Shown: positions 1 to 9,288 of the stretch, piece after piece
How the letters are laid out: every line of letters starts with the position of its first letter
Numbering within the stretch: position 1 is the first letter of the stretch
Assembly (NCBI GenBank): GCA_001001345.1
Contig: LCKI01000001.1
Location: 66,339 to 121,408, forward strand
Source: Parcubacteria group bacterium GW2011_GWC1_45_14
GTDB taxonomy: Bacteria > Patescibacteriota > Minisyncoccia > Moranbacterales > GWC2-37-73
Direction of reading: 5' to 3'
Length of the DNA: 55,070 bases
The notes under the pieces: model-generated
Database searches by the model: none
Told to the model about the DNA's origin: nothing
Seen by the model: the letters and a program-made list of their open reading frames with translations, nothing else
Position numbers and translations under genes: made by a program

Positions 1-2
1 TG

Positions 3-179
3 TATAGCGCTTCCGAGAATATCAATTTGCTTGATTTCGCCAAGCGACAACCGAAAATGGTCGGAATCTTCATGCCGGACTTCTCGGGACATATCTCCGA
101 GTATATCCCCAGGGAAAAAATAGGGGAGGAAACGATCGGCATCGGGTATCCTTATGTCGTCGTCTTTCCGCCGTGGTAA
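3..179 (+). CDS. 3' end of a hypothetical protein (runs off the window edge)
   Basis: Open frame 3 from the window start (YSASENINLL...YVVVFPPW*) ending at TAA 177-179, immediately followed by a terminator. Confidence 0.55.
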   Translation, partial: YSASENINLLDFAKRQPKMVGIFMPDFSGHISEYIPREKIGEETIGIGYPYVVVFPPW

Positions 180-200
180 AGTCGCCACGGCAAAAAATAG

Positions 201-239
201 CAGCTCCTTCGGGCATCGATCCGGAGGAGCTGTTTTTTT
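201..239 (+). terminator. Rho-independent terminator
   Basis: cagctccttcgg-loop-ccggaggagctg followed by a T tract. Confidence 0.8.
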
Positions 240-311
240 ATTCAAAAAACTAGCTTTGGGTGGATTTTTTTTATAAAAATGCCTCATTTCAGCCCACATC
301 TCCGTTTAGGC

Positions 312-340
312 TTGATTTATTCTGCAAAATGTGCTAGAAT
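312..340 (+). promoter_or_regulatory. sigma70-type promoter for ORF 443
   Basis: TTGATT-17 bp-TAGAAT with TG extended -10. Confidence 0.6.
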
Positions 341-442
341 AACATAAGGTTAAAAAATTGGTTAATCCTTATAAAAAGAGGAAAAATATCCGGTTTATAA
401 TCTGGCATAAAAACAAAAACGTTCATTCACAAGGAGGAAGTT

Positions 443-922
443 ATGGAATTCACAGATTTTCAAAAAATTATCTTGAATGCGGCGACTATCATTGCATGGA
501 TCACGGGAATAGGCATAAGTGTTGTTGCCGCAATCAAGGGCAGGAAGATGCAGGAGGAAATGGGGGTTTCAGCGAAGGTGTATCTGTTTTTGGTCGGTAT
601 CACTGAAATTTTCTATATAATTGGTGCCCTAATGATTTTGTCTGCCATGGGCATTAATGTCAGCCAGCATCTGGCAAATCTGGAATTTGGCAAGGTCTTT
701 CAGATTGTGAAAAGTCTGGATATGACCACAATTAAGATCATAGGAATACTGGGATGGGTGGGATTTGTTATCAATAGGTCGATCTCATTTCTTAGTCCGG
801 GATATCTTATAATCTATGGAGGAAAGAGGTTGCATCCTTTCTTCTGGTGGTCTTCCAGGGTGGAAGTCAGTCTGGAGATTGTAATGACTTTCTTAATATT
901 CACATCCCTAAAATGGGGGTAG
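443..922 (+). CDS. Hypothetical integral membrane protein
   Basis: 159 aa, several hydrophobic segments, AAGGAGG SD upstream, own terminator. Confidence 0.75.
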   Translation: MEFTDFQKIILNAATIIAWITGIGISVVAAIKGRKMQEEMGVSAKVYLFLVGITEIFYIIGALMILSAMGINVSQHLANLEFGKVFQIVKSLDMTTIKIIGILGWVGFVINRSISFLSPGYLIIYGGKRLHPFFWWSSRVEVSLEIVMTFLIFTSLKWG

Positions 923-925
923 AAA

Positions 926-956
926 AAAAGGGGAGACTCAGTTGAGTCTCCCCTTT
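926..956 (+). terminator. Rho-independent terminator
   Basis: aaaggggagactca/tgagtctccccttt hairpin. Confidence 0.75.
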
Positions 957-1055
957 AAATTTTTCCTTTTTTTTAAAAAGGAGGGTTTATAGCAGTTTAA
1001 ACTGTTGGATTTTTGGTAATAATTGTAATTTTTGTATTAGGTATTTCGGGTATAA

Positions 1056-1089
1056 AGAAAAGGGAATCTGCATCGCAGACTCCCTTTTT
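1056..1089 (-). terminator. Terminator for the GNAT gene
   Basis: aaaagggaatctgc/gcagactccctttt hairpin downstream of 1114. Confidence 0.7.
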
Positions 1090-1113
1090 AACCTCCTAGA
1101 GGTTTGGTTGTTG

Positions 1114-1773
1114 TTATAGTTCTTTATTTTTCCAGAACATGAGAACGCCGTAATTTAAACTCTCAGGATCCTCTATGTAATCCGGAACGATTTTAAGGGC
1201 TTCAAATCCCTCCCTTTGATAAAGGCGTATTTCCGGATCCATTGTCTTGCCATCTCTTTTTTTACCGAAAACATGGTCTTCCACGGTTCTTGTATTGGAG
1301 TGCTTGTGAAAAGATGGTATTCTCGAGCCCAGGAACACACCCCTTTTTTCCTGAAGAACAACGGTTTCGTAAATGGTTGTTTCAATGATACTTCCTGCTA
1401 CGCCCTTGGCTTGAAACTTGGGCAATACCGAAAGATCTAGACCAAAAAGAGAGTCTCCGTCGGGGTTGTGCGTTTGGAACATCCTGTTTGCGCTCAACTG
1501 TTTCCAATTCTTGCACTGCAGAGCATCGTCGTAGTCGATGTAGATTGTGCTAACTGTTCCAATCACGTTGCCATCCAGGATTGCGCAATATTGTAGTTGC
1601 GGGCAAATGGAAAATTGCGATTGAACGGCCTCTTCGTTCCAGATGACATCTTGCGAAACGAGCGAGCCCCATACCTCCTGATTTACACTCACAAATGCTT
1701 TTATGAGCTTGCTTGGGTCATAGCCACTTTTAAGTAGTGCTTTTGCGCTCAATACCTGCAGTCTTTTTTTCAT
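1114..1773 (-). CDS. GNAT-family N-acetyltransferase (YkwB-like)
   Basis: THNPDGDSLFGLDLSVLPKFQAKGVA acetyl-CoA motif A, DPEIRLYQREGF, DPESLNYGVLMFWKN; AAGGAG SD. Confidence 0.8.
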   Translation of the reverse strand: MKKRLQVLSAKALLKSGYDPSKLIKAFVSVNQEVWGSLVSQDVIWNEEAVQSQFSICPQLQYCAILDGNVIGTVSTIYIDYDDALQCKNWKQLSANRMFQTHNPDGDSLFGLDLSVLPKFQAKGVAGSIIETTIYETVVLQEKRGVFLGSRIPSFHKHSNTRTVEDHVFGKKRDGKTMDPEIRLYQREGFEALKIVPDYIEDPESLNYGVLMFWKNKEL

Positions 1774-1851
1774 TTGTCATGCTCCTTTGTTTGGGGGTTA
1801 TTCCAGGAAAAAGAGTTTTTCCGGATATTTTTTTGTAAAAGATCACTTTAT

Positions 1852-1880
1852 ATCCTAGCATATAATCTATAAAATGTCAA
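1852..1880 (-). promoter_or_regulatory. sigma70 promoter for the GNAT gene
   Basis: TTGACA-17 bp-TAGGAT (TG-extended) on the minus strand. Confidence 0.65.
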
Positions 1881-2785
1881 TAGCATGTACTTGAAGGGTA
1901 CGTAGGTAACACTTGCACTGAATTATGAAAATTAATGGGTGTAGCGTAGCACAGGGTCTCATGGGGACGCCTGCAATTGTATTCGATCAACCATTCGGTA
2001 ACTGATCGGTTGAACTTCTCAATATCTGAGGTAAAGTTACCGAAATTTATGAACTCGCTTTGGATGGTCTGGTTGAAACGTTCAATAACCGGATTGTCTT
2101 TTGGTGTTCTAGCTCTGCTCCAGTAATGTGGAAGTTTCAGATTCTCACAAGCTTGATCAAAATATTTATGGAATTCGGATCCATTGTCAGTTTGGATGTT
2201 CTGGATATTTCCGTCAATCAGATAAAGCAAGCGATTGAGAAAGTCGGAGGCATTTTGGGAATTGGAACTTTTGTACATTCTGGCGAAAGCCACCTTGGAA
2301 AAGAAATCGATGCCTGTGAAAATATATCTTTTTAGGTTACCCCTCCTAATTTCAACCGTATCCAGGCAAAGCAGGAATCCGCTTTGGGGTTGCTTTTTAA
2401 GCCTGGTAATTCGTGCTTTTTTCTTTGCTTTTAAGCGCTTTTTGGTGATCTTGGCGGTTCTTAGTTTGTTAGGATACAATTTATGCTTTTGAATGACGTC
2501 CTGGATTTTCCAGCTCGAGAGCCAATATCCGTATTCGTCGAAGTAAAGTTTTTCAATCTTGAATTTTGAGTAGCAAAGGTTTCTGGTTCTTAATTTCACG
2601 ACCCTGTCTTCTTCCAGCCGGGTAATTTCTTTTTGCCTGGTATTGAGTGGCGCCCTGCTTCTGTCTTCCGGGGTGAAAAGGTTGTGGGGATCAAAAACAT
2701 TGTGCCATTTGTAGAAGGTTTTCCTGGAGATTCCGAAGTGCCTACAGGTCTTAGATACATCCTTACACTCTCGGTAGTAATCCAT
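1877..2785 (-). CDS. IS481-family transposase (HTH + rve DDE core), 5'-truncated
   Basis: TCRHFGISRKTFYKW HTH; CLDT, QTDNGSEF and ERFNQT DDE residues; YNCRRPH; the frame continues upstream (LSKSARNRLKW) to a stop with no start codon. Confidence 0.85.
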   Translation of the reverse strand: MDYYRECKDVSKTCRHFGISRKTFYKWHNVFDPHNLFTPEDRSRAPLNTRQKEITRLEEDRVVKLRTRNLCYSKFKIEKLYFDEYGYWLSSWKIQDVIQKHKLYPNKLRTAKITKKRLKAKKKARITRLKKQPQSGFLLCLDTVEIRRGNLKRYIFTGIDFFSKVAFARMYKSSNSQNASDFLNRLLYLIDGNIQNIQTDNGSEFHKYFDQACENLKLPHYWSRARTPKDNPVIERFNQTIQSEFINFGNFTSDIEKFNRSVTEWLIEYNCRRPHETLCYATPINFHNSVQVLPTYPSSTCY

Positions 2786-2822
2786 CCACTTGAGGCGATT
2801 ACGGGCACTTTTTGAAAGCGTA
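1886..2822 (-). mobile_element. Partial IS481-family element; one terminal IR at 1886-1913
   Basis: TGTACTTGAAGGGTACGTAGGTAACACT has the TGT terminus and GGTAACAC motif typical of IS481 ends; no partner IR seen at the other side. Confidence 0.65.
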
Positions 2823-2918
2823 GCATTATTTTTTTAAAAAATGGCTTATTATTTACAGAGATATTTTGCACTCAATGTTTTTTTGGGTATAATGCTATAA
2901 AGCAGTAAAAAATACATC

Positions 2919-4553
2919 ATGATAAATCAAAATACGGTACTATTATTCCTGATTTCATTTATTGGTTTATCCCTAGGGGGCTTTGTGCTGTCAAAGGGAC
3001 CAACAAAAAGACTTAATTTGAGTTTTAGTTTTCTGTCACTCTCTGCAATTGTGTGGATGAATTTTATTTATTTTGAAGATGTCGTATCAGATCCGGCAAT
3101 AATGAACTTTCTTCTAAAAGCAGATTTTGCTTCGGGTGCCTTTCTTGGTTTTTCCTCGCTTTTATTTTGTATGGACGTTGCAAATCTCAAATGGAGTGAA
3201 AAATTTTTCGTTAGAATGCCTTTGTATATAATTCCTTTTATTTTAACAATGCTGGTTTTTTTCTCAAATTTCATACTGGCAGGATATGAAATATTGCAGG
3301 GAGGCGTTATCAACCCATTATTTGGGTCTGGTGAAATAGTTTATAATACATTAGTTGCATCAGCTCCTTTTATTGGTATATCTTTGATTTTTTGGAAATA
3401 TAAAAAAGCATCCAAGGAAGAAAGGTCTAAATTCATATATCTTTTAATTGGTCTTTTTTTAAGCCTAGGAACAGCAGTTATTTCAAATATATTATTGGCA
3501 AATTATATCCAGAACAGTCCTAATTATGGTCTATATTCAAGATTTGGAGCCTTTAGTATAATTTTTCTTGTATTGTTTACTGGGTATTCAATAATAAAGC
3601 ACGGACTGCTTAATGTTAAGGTTATTGCAACTGAGTTGCTGTCATTTGCCATTCTTGTTATAAGTTTTGTTCAGATATTTACTGCTACAAATTTGGTACA
3701 TACTATTTTTCAATCCATAGTATTTTTAGTATTGTTAATCATAGTAGTTCTGTTAGTCAGAAGTGTTGAAAATGAAGTTAATAGAAAGGAAGAGCTTCAA
3801 GTCATGGCGGACAAGCTCGCCCAGGCGAACGACCAGTTGCGCAAATTGGACAATGCCAAGACGGAATTCATCTCGATCGCTTCGCACCAACTCAGAACGC
3901 CGCTCACTTCCGTAAAGGGCTTCATCTCACTCATCATCGAAGGGTCATATGGGGAGATCAATGATGGCGTGAGGGACGCGCTGACCAAGGTGTACGCCTC
4001 TTCCGAGAGGCTGATCCAGCTGGTCGAGGACCTTTTGAACGTCTCCAGGATCGAGTCTGGCAGGATGCAGTTCACTTTCGAGAAGGCTGAAGTTGACGGG
4101 ATGATGAAAGAGCTCTATGACAACTTCATGTTGGTCGCCAAGAACAAGGATCTTTATTTGGATTTGAAATTGCCTGAAAATGGACTTCCTGAAATCACGA
4201 TGGATCCGGGTAAGATTCGCGAAGTGATTTCCAATTTCACGGACAATGCCTTGAAATACACGGAGAAGGGCGGGGTGACGATGAAGGCGGAGGAGACGAA
4301 GGATAGGACGGTCAAGATCACGATTTCCGATACAGGAATCGGCGTGCCTGCCGACGAGATGCAATACCTCTTCAAGAAATTCTCCCGCGGAAAGGACACT
4401 GGCAGACTCCATGCTAGCGGAACGGGACTTGGACTCTATGTCGGCAAAAATATCGTCGACGCCCACCACGGAAGAGTTTGGGTGGAATCGGATGGAGAAG
4501 GCAAGGGATCAAGGTTCATTATCGAACTTCCGATAGAGCAACCGGCAAATTAG
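2919..4553 (+). CDS. Membrane sensor histidine kinase (HisKA_7TM-like N-terminus, HisKA, HATPase_c)
   Basis: Multi-TM N-terminus; ASHQLRTPLT H-box; NFTDNALKYT N-box; DTGIG G1; GTGLGL G2; GEGKGSRF G3. Confidence 0.93.
   Translation: MINQNTVLLFLISFIGLSLGGFVLSKGPTKRLNLSFSFLSLSAIVWMNFIYFEDVVSDPAIMNFLLKADFASGAFLGFSSLLFCMDVANLKWSEKFFVRMPLYIIPFILTMLVFFSNFILAGYEILQGGVINPLFGSGEIVYNTLVASAPFIGISLIFWKYKKASKEERSKFIYLLIGLFLSLGTAVISNILLANYIQNSPNYGLYSRFGAFSIIFLVLFTGYSIIKHGLLNVKVIATELLSFAILVISFVQIFTATNLVHTIFQSIVFLVLLIIVVLLVRSVENEVNRKEELQVMADKLAQANDQLRKLDNAKTEFISIASHQLRTPLTSVKGFISLIIEGSYGEINDGVRDALTKVYASSERLIQLVEDLLNVSRIESGRMQFTFEKAEVDGMMKELYDNFMLVAKNKDLYLDLKLPENGLPEITMDPGKIREVISNFTDNALKYTEKGGVTMKAEETKDRTVKITISDTGIGVPADEMQYLFKKFSRGKDTGRLHASGTGLGLYVGKNIVDAHHGRVWVESDGEGKGSRFIIELPIEQPAN
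4344..4553 (+). repeat. Copy 1 of a diverged direct repeat (kinase 3' end); copy 2 at 9019-9234
   Basis: Near-identical peptide (..YLFKKFSRGKDTGRLHASG..IELPIEQPA) at both loci. Confidence 0.9.
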
Positions 4554-4603
4554 CCAGAAGTGTTACTTGAATTGATTAGATGTAGTGAGAATGAAATATC
4601 AAC

Positions 4604-4637
4604 ACAAAAAACAACCAAAGGCCTGGTTGTTTTTTGT
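4604..4637. terminator. Bidirectional terminator
   Basis: acaaaaaacaacca/tggttgttttttgt between convergent genes. Confidence 0.75.
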
Positions 4638-4667
4638 ATTCTCGAATAATTGTATGTGATTTGATAT

Positions 4668-5612
4668 TCAATCGTTTGTTTGTATTTTATTTTTTAAAAA
4701 ATTAATCGTTTTTAGGAGTCCTTCTTCTAGTTTTATTTTTGGCTCCCAATTTAACTCTTTCCGCGCAAGTGATATGTCGGGCTGTCTTTGTTTGGGATCG
4801 TCTTGCGGAAGCTTATTATATATAAGCTTGCTTTTGCTTTCCGGTATTAATCTTAATATTTTCTCCGCTAATTCCTTTATTGTTATTTCTTCGGGGCATC
4901 CTAAATTTATAGGACCAGTAATGCTATTATCAGTTTCCATCATTTTTATTAAGCCATCTATAAGATCATTTACATACTGAAAGCTTCTGGTCTGCAAGCC
5001 ATCACCATGAATAGTTATGTCCTTATTTGATAGGGCTTGTATTATGAAATTGGAAATAACTCTACCGTCATTAGGATGCATTCCAGGTCCGTATGTATTA
5101 AAAATCCTGACAACTTTTATGTTAAGATGGTGTTGTCTGTGATAATCAAAAAAAAGTGTTTCAGCGCATCTCTTTCCTTCATCATAACATGACCTTATTC
5201 CCACTGGATTAACATTTCCCCAGTAATTTTCGTGTTGGGGGTGAATTTCCGGATCTCCATAAACCTCAGAAGTCGATGCTTGAAGTATTTTTGCTTTGGT
5301 CCTCTTGGCAAGCCCAAGTATATTTATGGCACCATGAACCGAAGTCTTTATTGTTTGAACTGGATCAGATTGGTAATGTATAGGGGATGCGGGACAGGCT
5401 AAATTGTATATTTGATCAATTTCGACATAAAGTGGAAATGTTATATCATGTCGGATAAATTCGAATCTTTTGTTATCAAGAAGATCGATTATGTTGCCTT
5501 TATTACCAGAAAATAGGTTATCTGCGCATAAGACCTTATGTCCATTTTCAAGAAGCTTTCTGCAAAGATGAGAGCCAATGAATCCAGCTCCTCCAGTAAC
5601 AAGTATTTTCAT
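4668..5612 (-). CDS. UDP-glucuronic acid decarboxylase (UDP-xylose synthase)-family extended SDR
   Basis: [45 protein letters not shown]; start placed at ATG 5612. Confidence 0.92.
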   Translation of the reverse strand: MKILVTGGAGFIGSHLCRKLLENGHKVLCADNLFSGNKGNIIDLLDNKRFEFIRHDITFPLYVEIDQIYNLACPASPIHYQSDPVQTIKTSVHGAINILGLAKRTKAKILQASTSEVYGDPEIHPQHENYWGNVNPVGIRSCYDEGKRCAETLFFDYHRQHHLNIKVVRIFNTYGPGMHPNDGRVISNFIIQALSNKDITIHGDGLQTRSFQYVNDLIDGLIKMMETDNSITGPINLGCPEEITIKELAEKILRLIPESKSKLIYNKLPQDDPKQRQPDISLARKELNWEPKIKLEEGLLKTINFLKNKIQTND

Positions 5613-5902
5613 ATTTTCTTGTTGATTGATAAATTTCGATATCCTATAGTTTATATCAATTTTATTGACAAATAGCAACCAAAAAAAATACAAAAACATT
5701 AATATATAAAAGGTGGTGTTTTTGTCACCAGAACTAATACGCCTCCCTGATATTGACATAAGGCCATAAAAATGATTCTATATGTAGAATGTGTAAATAA
5801 CATTCATAGGAAGAGGGTTCTTTGAAAATATATCAGAATTAGTACCATTGGCTGATCTCGATGAGGATTCCAAGCGATTAATGCGAAAAAGGAGGTATTA
5901 TC

Positions 5903-7060
5903 ATGAAAAAAAAGGGAACTCGCTCCATTTTACGTAAAGAATTTTTTGGAGGAACATTGTTTGATGTGATTAGTGGGAAAAGGGTATATATTAGCAATGA
6001 GGAATACGCAGAGATTAAGAAAGTAGGCGAATTATCAATTGCTCTTCAGGGAGAGTTAAGGTTCTCAGGACATGTTGAACTGGTTGAGCCAGAATATCTT
6101 TTCCCGAACGGTTTTAGTTCCCCAGATACCGTCTTTTTCGAACTTACTAAATCATGTAATCTTCGTTGCTCGCATTGTCTAAATGATTCTGGAGTAGTAT
6201 CAAGCAATGAAACTAGTACGAGTCAGAAAATTGCTTCACTGCGGAGCGCTGCGAGGGCAGGTGTTCAAGAGGTGAGATTTACAGGTGGGGAACCTTTGAT
6301 GCATATTGATATTTGCACACTTATTGAAACAGCGTCAGTATTGAATATGAGATCCTCTATGGGGACTAATGCTACTTTAGTAACTGCGGCCATGGCAAAG
6401 GATTTGGTTAGGAGTGGCTTATGCTCATCAATAGTAAGTATTGAAGGAGATGAAAAAACTCACGATTTGATTAGAGGAAATGGAAGTTATAAAAGAGCAT
6501 TGGCGGGATTGATAAACCTAATGGATCAAGGCATTGATGTTCGTATAAATATGGTATTGATGAAATCAAACATCTCAAGCATCGTTTCTGTTTTAGAATT
6601 GTCGAGCAAGCTTAATATTCCTATTTTTTTGCGTAGATTTGTTCCTTCTGGTAGAGGCATGGAAAATCAAGGGGAGGTGCTTACTGCCAATGATTATGAG
6701 AAATTGCGAATGGATCTTGAAAAATATTTACTGGAGCCAAGAGGACTAGTTCAGGGGCATTATTTGGCAGAAAAGAAAGCTGAGATCAGAGCAAGTCTGC
6801 CGTTTACGAGGTATAGTTGCAGCGCGGGACAGCGTGGAATTATCATAACCCCAAATGGGCATGTGCATACTTGCGGTTTCCTCGCAATGCTCGGAGAGAA
6901 GGTCTTAGGAAAAACTCCAGAAGAAGAAATTTCTATTATCTGGAAAAGATTAACGGAATCAAATCATATGGAATTTTTGAGGAAAAAACTTGATTTGCAC
7001 AATGCTGGGAATGAGCAGATTGTTACTAATTGTCTTGCTATTCCAAAAATCTACCGATAA
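5903..7060 (+). CDS. Radical SAM enzyme with C-terminal SPASM/Twitch-type domain
   Basis: CNLRCSHC (CxxxCxxC), FTGGEP, CSAGQRGIIITPNGHVHTCGF; AAGGAGGT SD. Confidence 0.9.
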   Translation: MKKKGTRSILRKEFFGGTLFDVISGKRVYISNEEYAEIKKVGELSIALQGELRFSGHVELVEPEYLFPNGFSSPDTVFFELTKSCNLRCSHCLNDSGVVSSNETSTSQKIASLRSAARAGVQEVRFTGGEPLMHIDICTLIETASVLNMRSSMGTNATLVTAAMAKDLVRSGLCSSIVSIEGDEKTHDLIRGNGSYKRALAGLINLMDQGIDVRINMVLMKSNISSIVSVLELSSKLNIPIFLRRFVPSGRGMENQGEVLTANDYEKLRMDLEKYLLEPRGLVQGHYLAEKKAEIRASLPFTRYSCSAGQRGIIITPNGHVHTCGFLAMLGEKVLGKTPEEEISIIWKRLTESNHMEFLRKKLDLHNAGNEQIVTNCLAIPKIYR

Positions 7061-7085
7061 AGCCTATTATTCGCGGGAGGTCATC

Positions 7086-7631
7086 ATGCTTATAGGACTT
7101 GCAGGGCTGCATGGTGCAGGCAAAACAAATCTGGCGCATCTTTTGCAGAAAAGAAAAGGATGGAATTATCTGAACAAGAGAGATGTCTTGATTGAACTAT
7201 ATAAAGAAACAGGAGATATATTCTTTGAAAAAAAATTCATGGATTGGTACAGGGGCTTGTATGTCTCATTAGGCTCATTTGAAGTTATGTCATTAATAAT
7301 GGCGAAATCTTTTTATGTTGACACCTGTATTACGGTAGTTGATGCCATTCATGGTCTGGAAGAGTGGAAAGCGGTAAAGAAAATATGTCCGAGAGCTATA
7401 TTAGTTGGTGTATTTTCTCCAAAAGAGGTTCGTCGCAGAAGAAATGATCCAGGAGATGATGTCCTGGATAAAAAAAGAATATCCTATTGGCATGAAAGAT
7501 TACATGAAGGGTATGAGCAGTGTCTTCTTGCGGAGGTTGAGTGGGCTTTCTCTGGAGTTGTTTCAATCGATATTCAAGGAATGGAATGCGATGAATTGGA
7601 AGCTTATATAATGAAAAGAGTTTATGAATAA
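7086..7631 (+). CDS. P-loop nucleoside-monophosphate-kinase-like protein
   Basis: N-terminal LIGLAGLHGAGKT Walker A, VVDAI, lid-like EVRRRR; GGGAGG SD before ATG 7086. Confidence 0.75.
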   Translation: MLIGLAGLHGAGKTNLAHLLQKRKGWNYLNKRDVLIELYKETGDIFFEKKFMDWYRGLYVSLGSFEVMSLIMAKSFYVDTCITVVDAIHGLEEWKAVKKICPRAILVGVFSPKEVRRRRNDPGDDVLDKKRISYWHERLHEGYEQCLLAEVEWAFSGVVSIDIQGMECDELEAYIMKRVYE

Positions 7632-7689
7632 AACGGTGCTAATATTTATAATTATCCTTTTTTCTTTATTCGCATTCAATTGACAACCG

Positions 7690-7727
7690 AAGTCCTTCTG
7701 ATAAAATTCAGAAGGACTTTTTTGTTT
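7690..7727 (+). terminator. Rho-independent terminator after the radical SAM-kinase pair
   Basis: aagtccttctga/tcagaaggactt followed by a T tract. Confidence 0.8.
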
Positions 7728-7747
7728 AAAAATACTTGATTAAATTT

Positions 7748-8164
7748 ATGCTGATAAGAAAAGCGGGGGCTATAATATTAAGTAGTGACAGCTCAGACAA
7801 AGTGGGGCTTATTTATAGAACCAAGCAAAAAGACTGGTCTTTTCCAAAGGGTCATATTGAGAGTGAAGAAAGTAGTTTTGAGGCAATGATAAGGGAAGTT
7901 GTCGAAGAATCTGGATTGAAAGTAAAACTTTTACAAGAACTTCCAGATATGAATTATGTGGATTCGCAAGGGAATGAAGTTTTAATATCTATGTATTTAG
8001 TGAAATCCATGGACGATAATAATACTTTCGGAAAATCCGGAGATGATGTCGTTGAATGGGTGAAAATTGAGGAGGTTTCCGAGATCCTGACGTATGAAAA
8101 TTTGAAAAAATACTACAGGGAAATATTACCTATCATTTTTTCGTATAAATCTGTTCAGGAATAA
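7748..8164 (+). CDS. NUDIX hydrolase
   Basis: WSFPKGHIESEESSFEAMIREVVEESG Nudix box. Confidence 0.88.
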   Translation: MLIRKAGAIILSSDSSDKVGLIYRTKQKDWSFPKGHIESEESSFEAMIREVVEESGLKVKLLQELPDMNYVDSQGNEVLISMYLVKSMDDNNTFGKSGDDVVEWVKIEEVSEILTYENLKKYYREILPIIFSYKSVQE

Positions 8165-8963
8165 GTGATAAGCTTATGTCGTCTTTAGTTTTATTAAGGT
8201 GCTTTACAAATTCAAAACGAGCCTTCTCTGAGCCAAAAAATGCTGAAGCCGGATTAATATCAATAAACCAGTATCGAAGTGTTTTTTTACATAAGATTAG
8301 ATCGAAAGAAAAAACATTCAACTTCAGTGCCTGTTCCAGAATCGAAAGATCTTTTTTAATGGATTGAATCGCGGACATGGGCGGGGCATAATTCTGGGGA
8401 TTGTTTATTAAGAATCCATTAATATAATAAAACTTTATCAAGACCCTATTGGGAGCATTCATGCTTTCTTCTAAGTAAAAGTCTATCTCGTCATTTTTTA
8501 ATGTGTTTATAAAATTAAAAAATGATTGTTTATTATAAAATTCTTGAGTGAATGTTGCCTGTTGCTGACTTTTGGCATAAGCGGGAAATTTTAAAAAAGT
8601 CGCAGCAAGGATTAATGAATTAATAGAATTAGCCGAGATGCTTTCTGGTACCGATAGCCCACTCCTTTTGATGCGTTGCTGTATGCAGAATTTTGATTTT
8701 TCACCGGATAGGAATGTTTTGTTTATTATATGACAAGGGAAATTTTCCAAAAAGGATATATATCTTCCGGAATGCAAGGAATTGGTCAGAAAATAAATCA
8801 CTTTACCATGCCAGTTGAAACTGACGAAGTTATCATTCAGCAATATATCTTCAATGAATAGTATAGTGCAGAATTCTTCTTTGGAATTACACATAGATTG
8901 AATAAGTGCTGCCCCATCAAGATATGGTTCTTTTTTCGATAATATTAATATTATTGTGTTCAT
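8133..8963 (-). CDS. ATP-grasp-fold protein (divergent, RimK-like C-terminus)
   Basis: SKFCIQQRIKRSGLSVPES, FPAYAKS, YLEE, FSFDLIL...WFIDINPASAF (D/E-x-N). Confidence 0.65.
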   Translation of the reverse strand: MNTIILILSKKEPYLDGAALIQSMCNSKEEFCTILFIEDILLNDNFVSFNWHGKVIYFLTNSLHSGRYISFLENFPCHIINKTFLSGEKSKFCIQQRIKRSGLSVPESISANSINSLILAATFLKFPAYAKSQQQATFTQEFYNKQSFFNFINTLKNDEIDFYLEESMNAPNRVLIKFYYINGFLINNPQNYAPPMSAIQSIKKDLSILEQALKLNVFSFDLILCKKTLRYWFIDINPASAFFGSEKARFEFVKHLNKTKDDISLSLIPEQIYTKK

Positions 8964-9018
8964 TGAAATATAAAGTTAATTAGAGGATATTATGCTATAA
9001 TTACATTAATGTCAACCT

Positions 9019-9234
9019 ATGCCTGTCGATGAGATGTCGTATCTGTTCAAGAAATTCTCCCGCGGAAAAGACACCGGCAGGCTCCACGCCAGCGGAACCG
9101 GAACCGGACTCGGACTTTATGTCGGCAAAAACATCGTCGACGCCCACCACGGAAAAGTCTGGGTGGAATCCGACGGGGAAGGCAAAGGCTCGAGGTTTAT
9201 CATCGAACTTCCGATAGAGCAACCGGCAGGGTAA
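9019..9234 (+). pseudogene. Relic C-terminal fragment of a histidine kinase paralog (repeat copy 2)
   Basis: Only the F/G2/G3 boxes remain; 6-nt GGAACC duplication gives GTGTGLGL; GC-richer than its flanks. Confidence 0.85.
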
Positions 9235-9236
9235 AC

Positions 9237-9280
9237 AATTTTGAAATTTAGAATTTAAATTTTGATTGAATTTAGAATTT
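9237..9280. repeat. Left arm of heptamer-repeat inverted element flanking the CYTH gene
   Basis: aattttgaaatttagaatttaaattttga approximates the reverse complement of 9851-9882. Confidence 0.7.
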
Positions 9281-9288
9281 AAAAAAAT

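Noticed and set aside
5613-5759. N-terminal extensions in the ORF track (UDP-GlcA decarboxylase, also greA, lysS, rpsM, mraY)
   Set aside because: They translate promoter or repeat DNA; the family-typical starts lie downstream
5903-7060. Calling the radical SAM a viperin or a RiPP maturase
   Set aside because: It has a Twitch/SPASM-like Cys region that viperins lack, and no convincing precursor peptide is nearby (the 17-codon ORF at 5772 has no SD)
9019-9234. Diversity-generating retroelement template/variable repeat pair with 4344-4553
   Set aside because: Differences are largely synonymous and not adenine-specific, and no reverse transcriptase is present in the window
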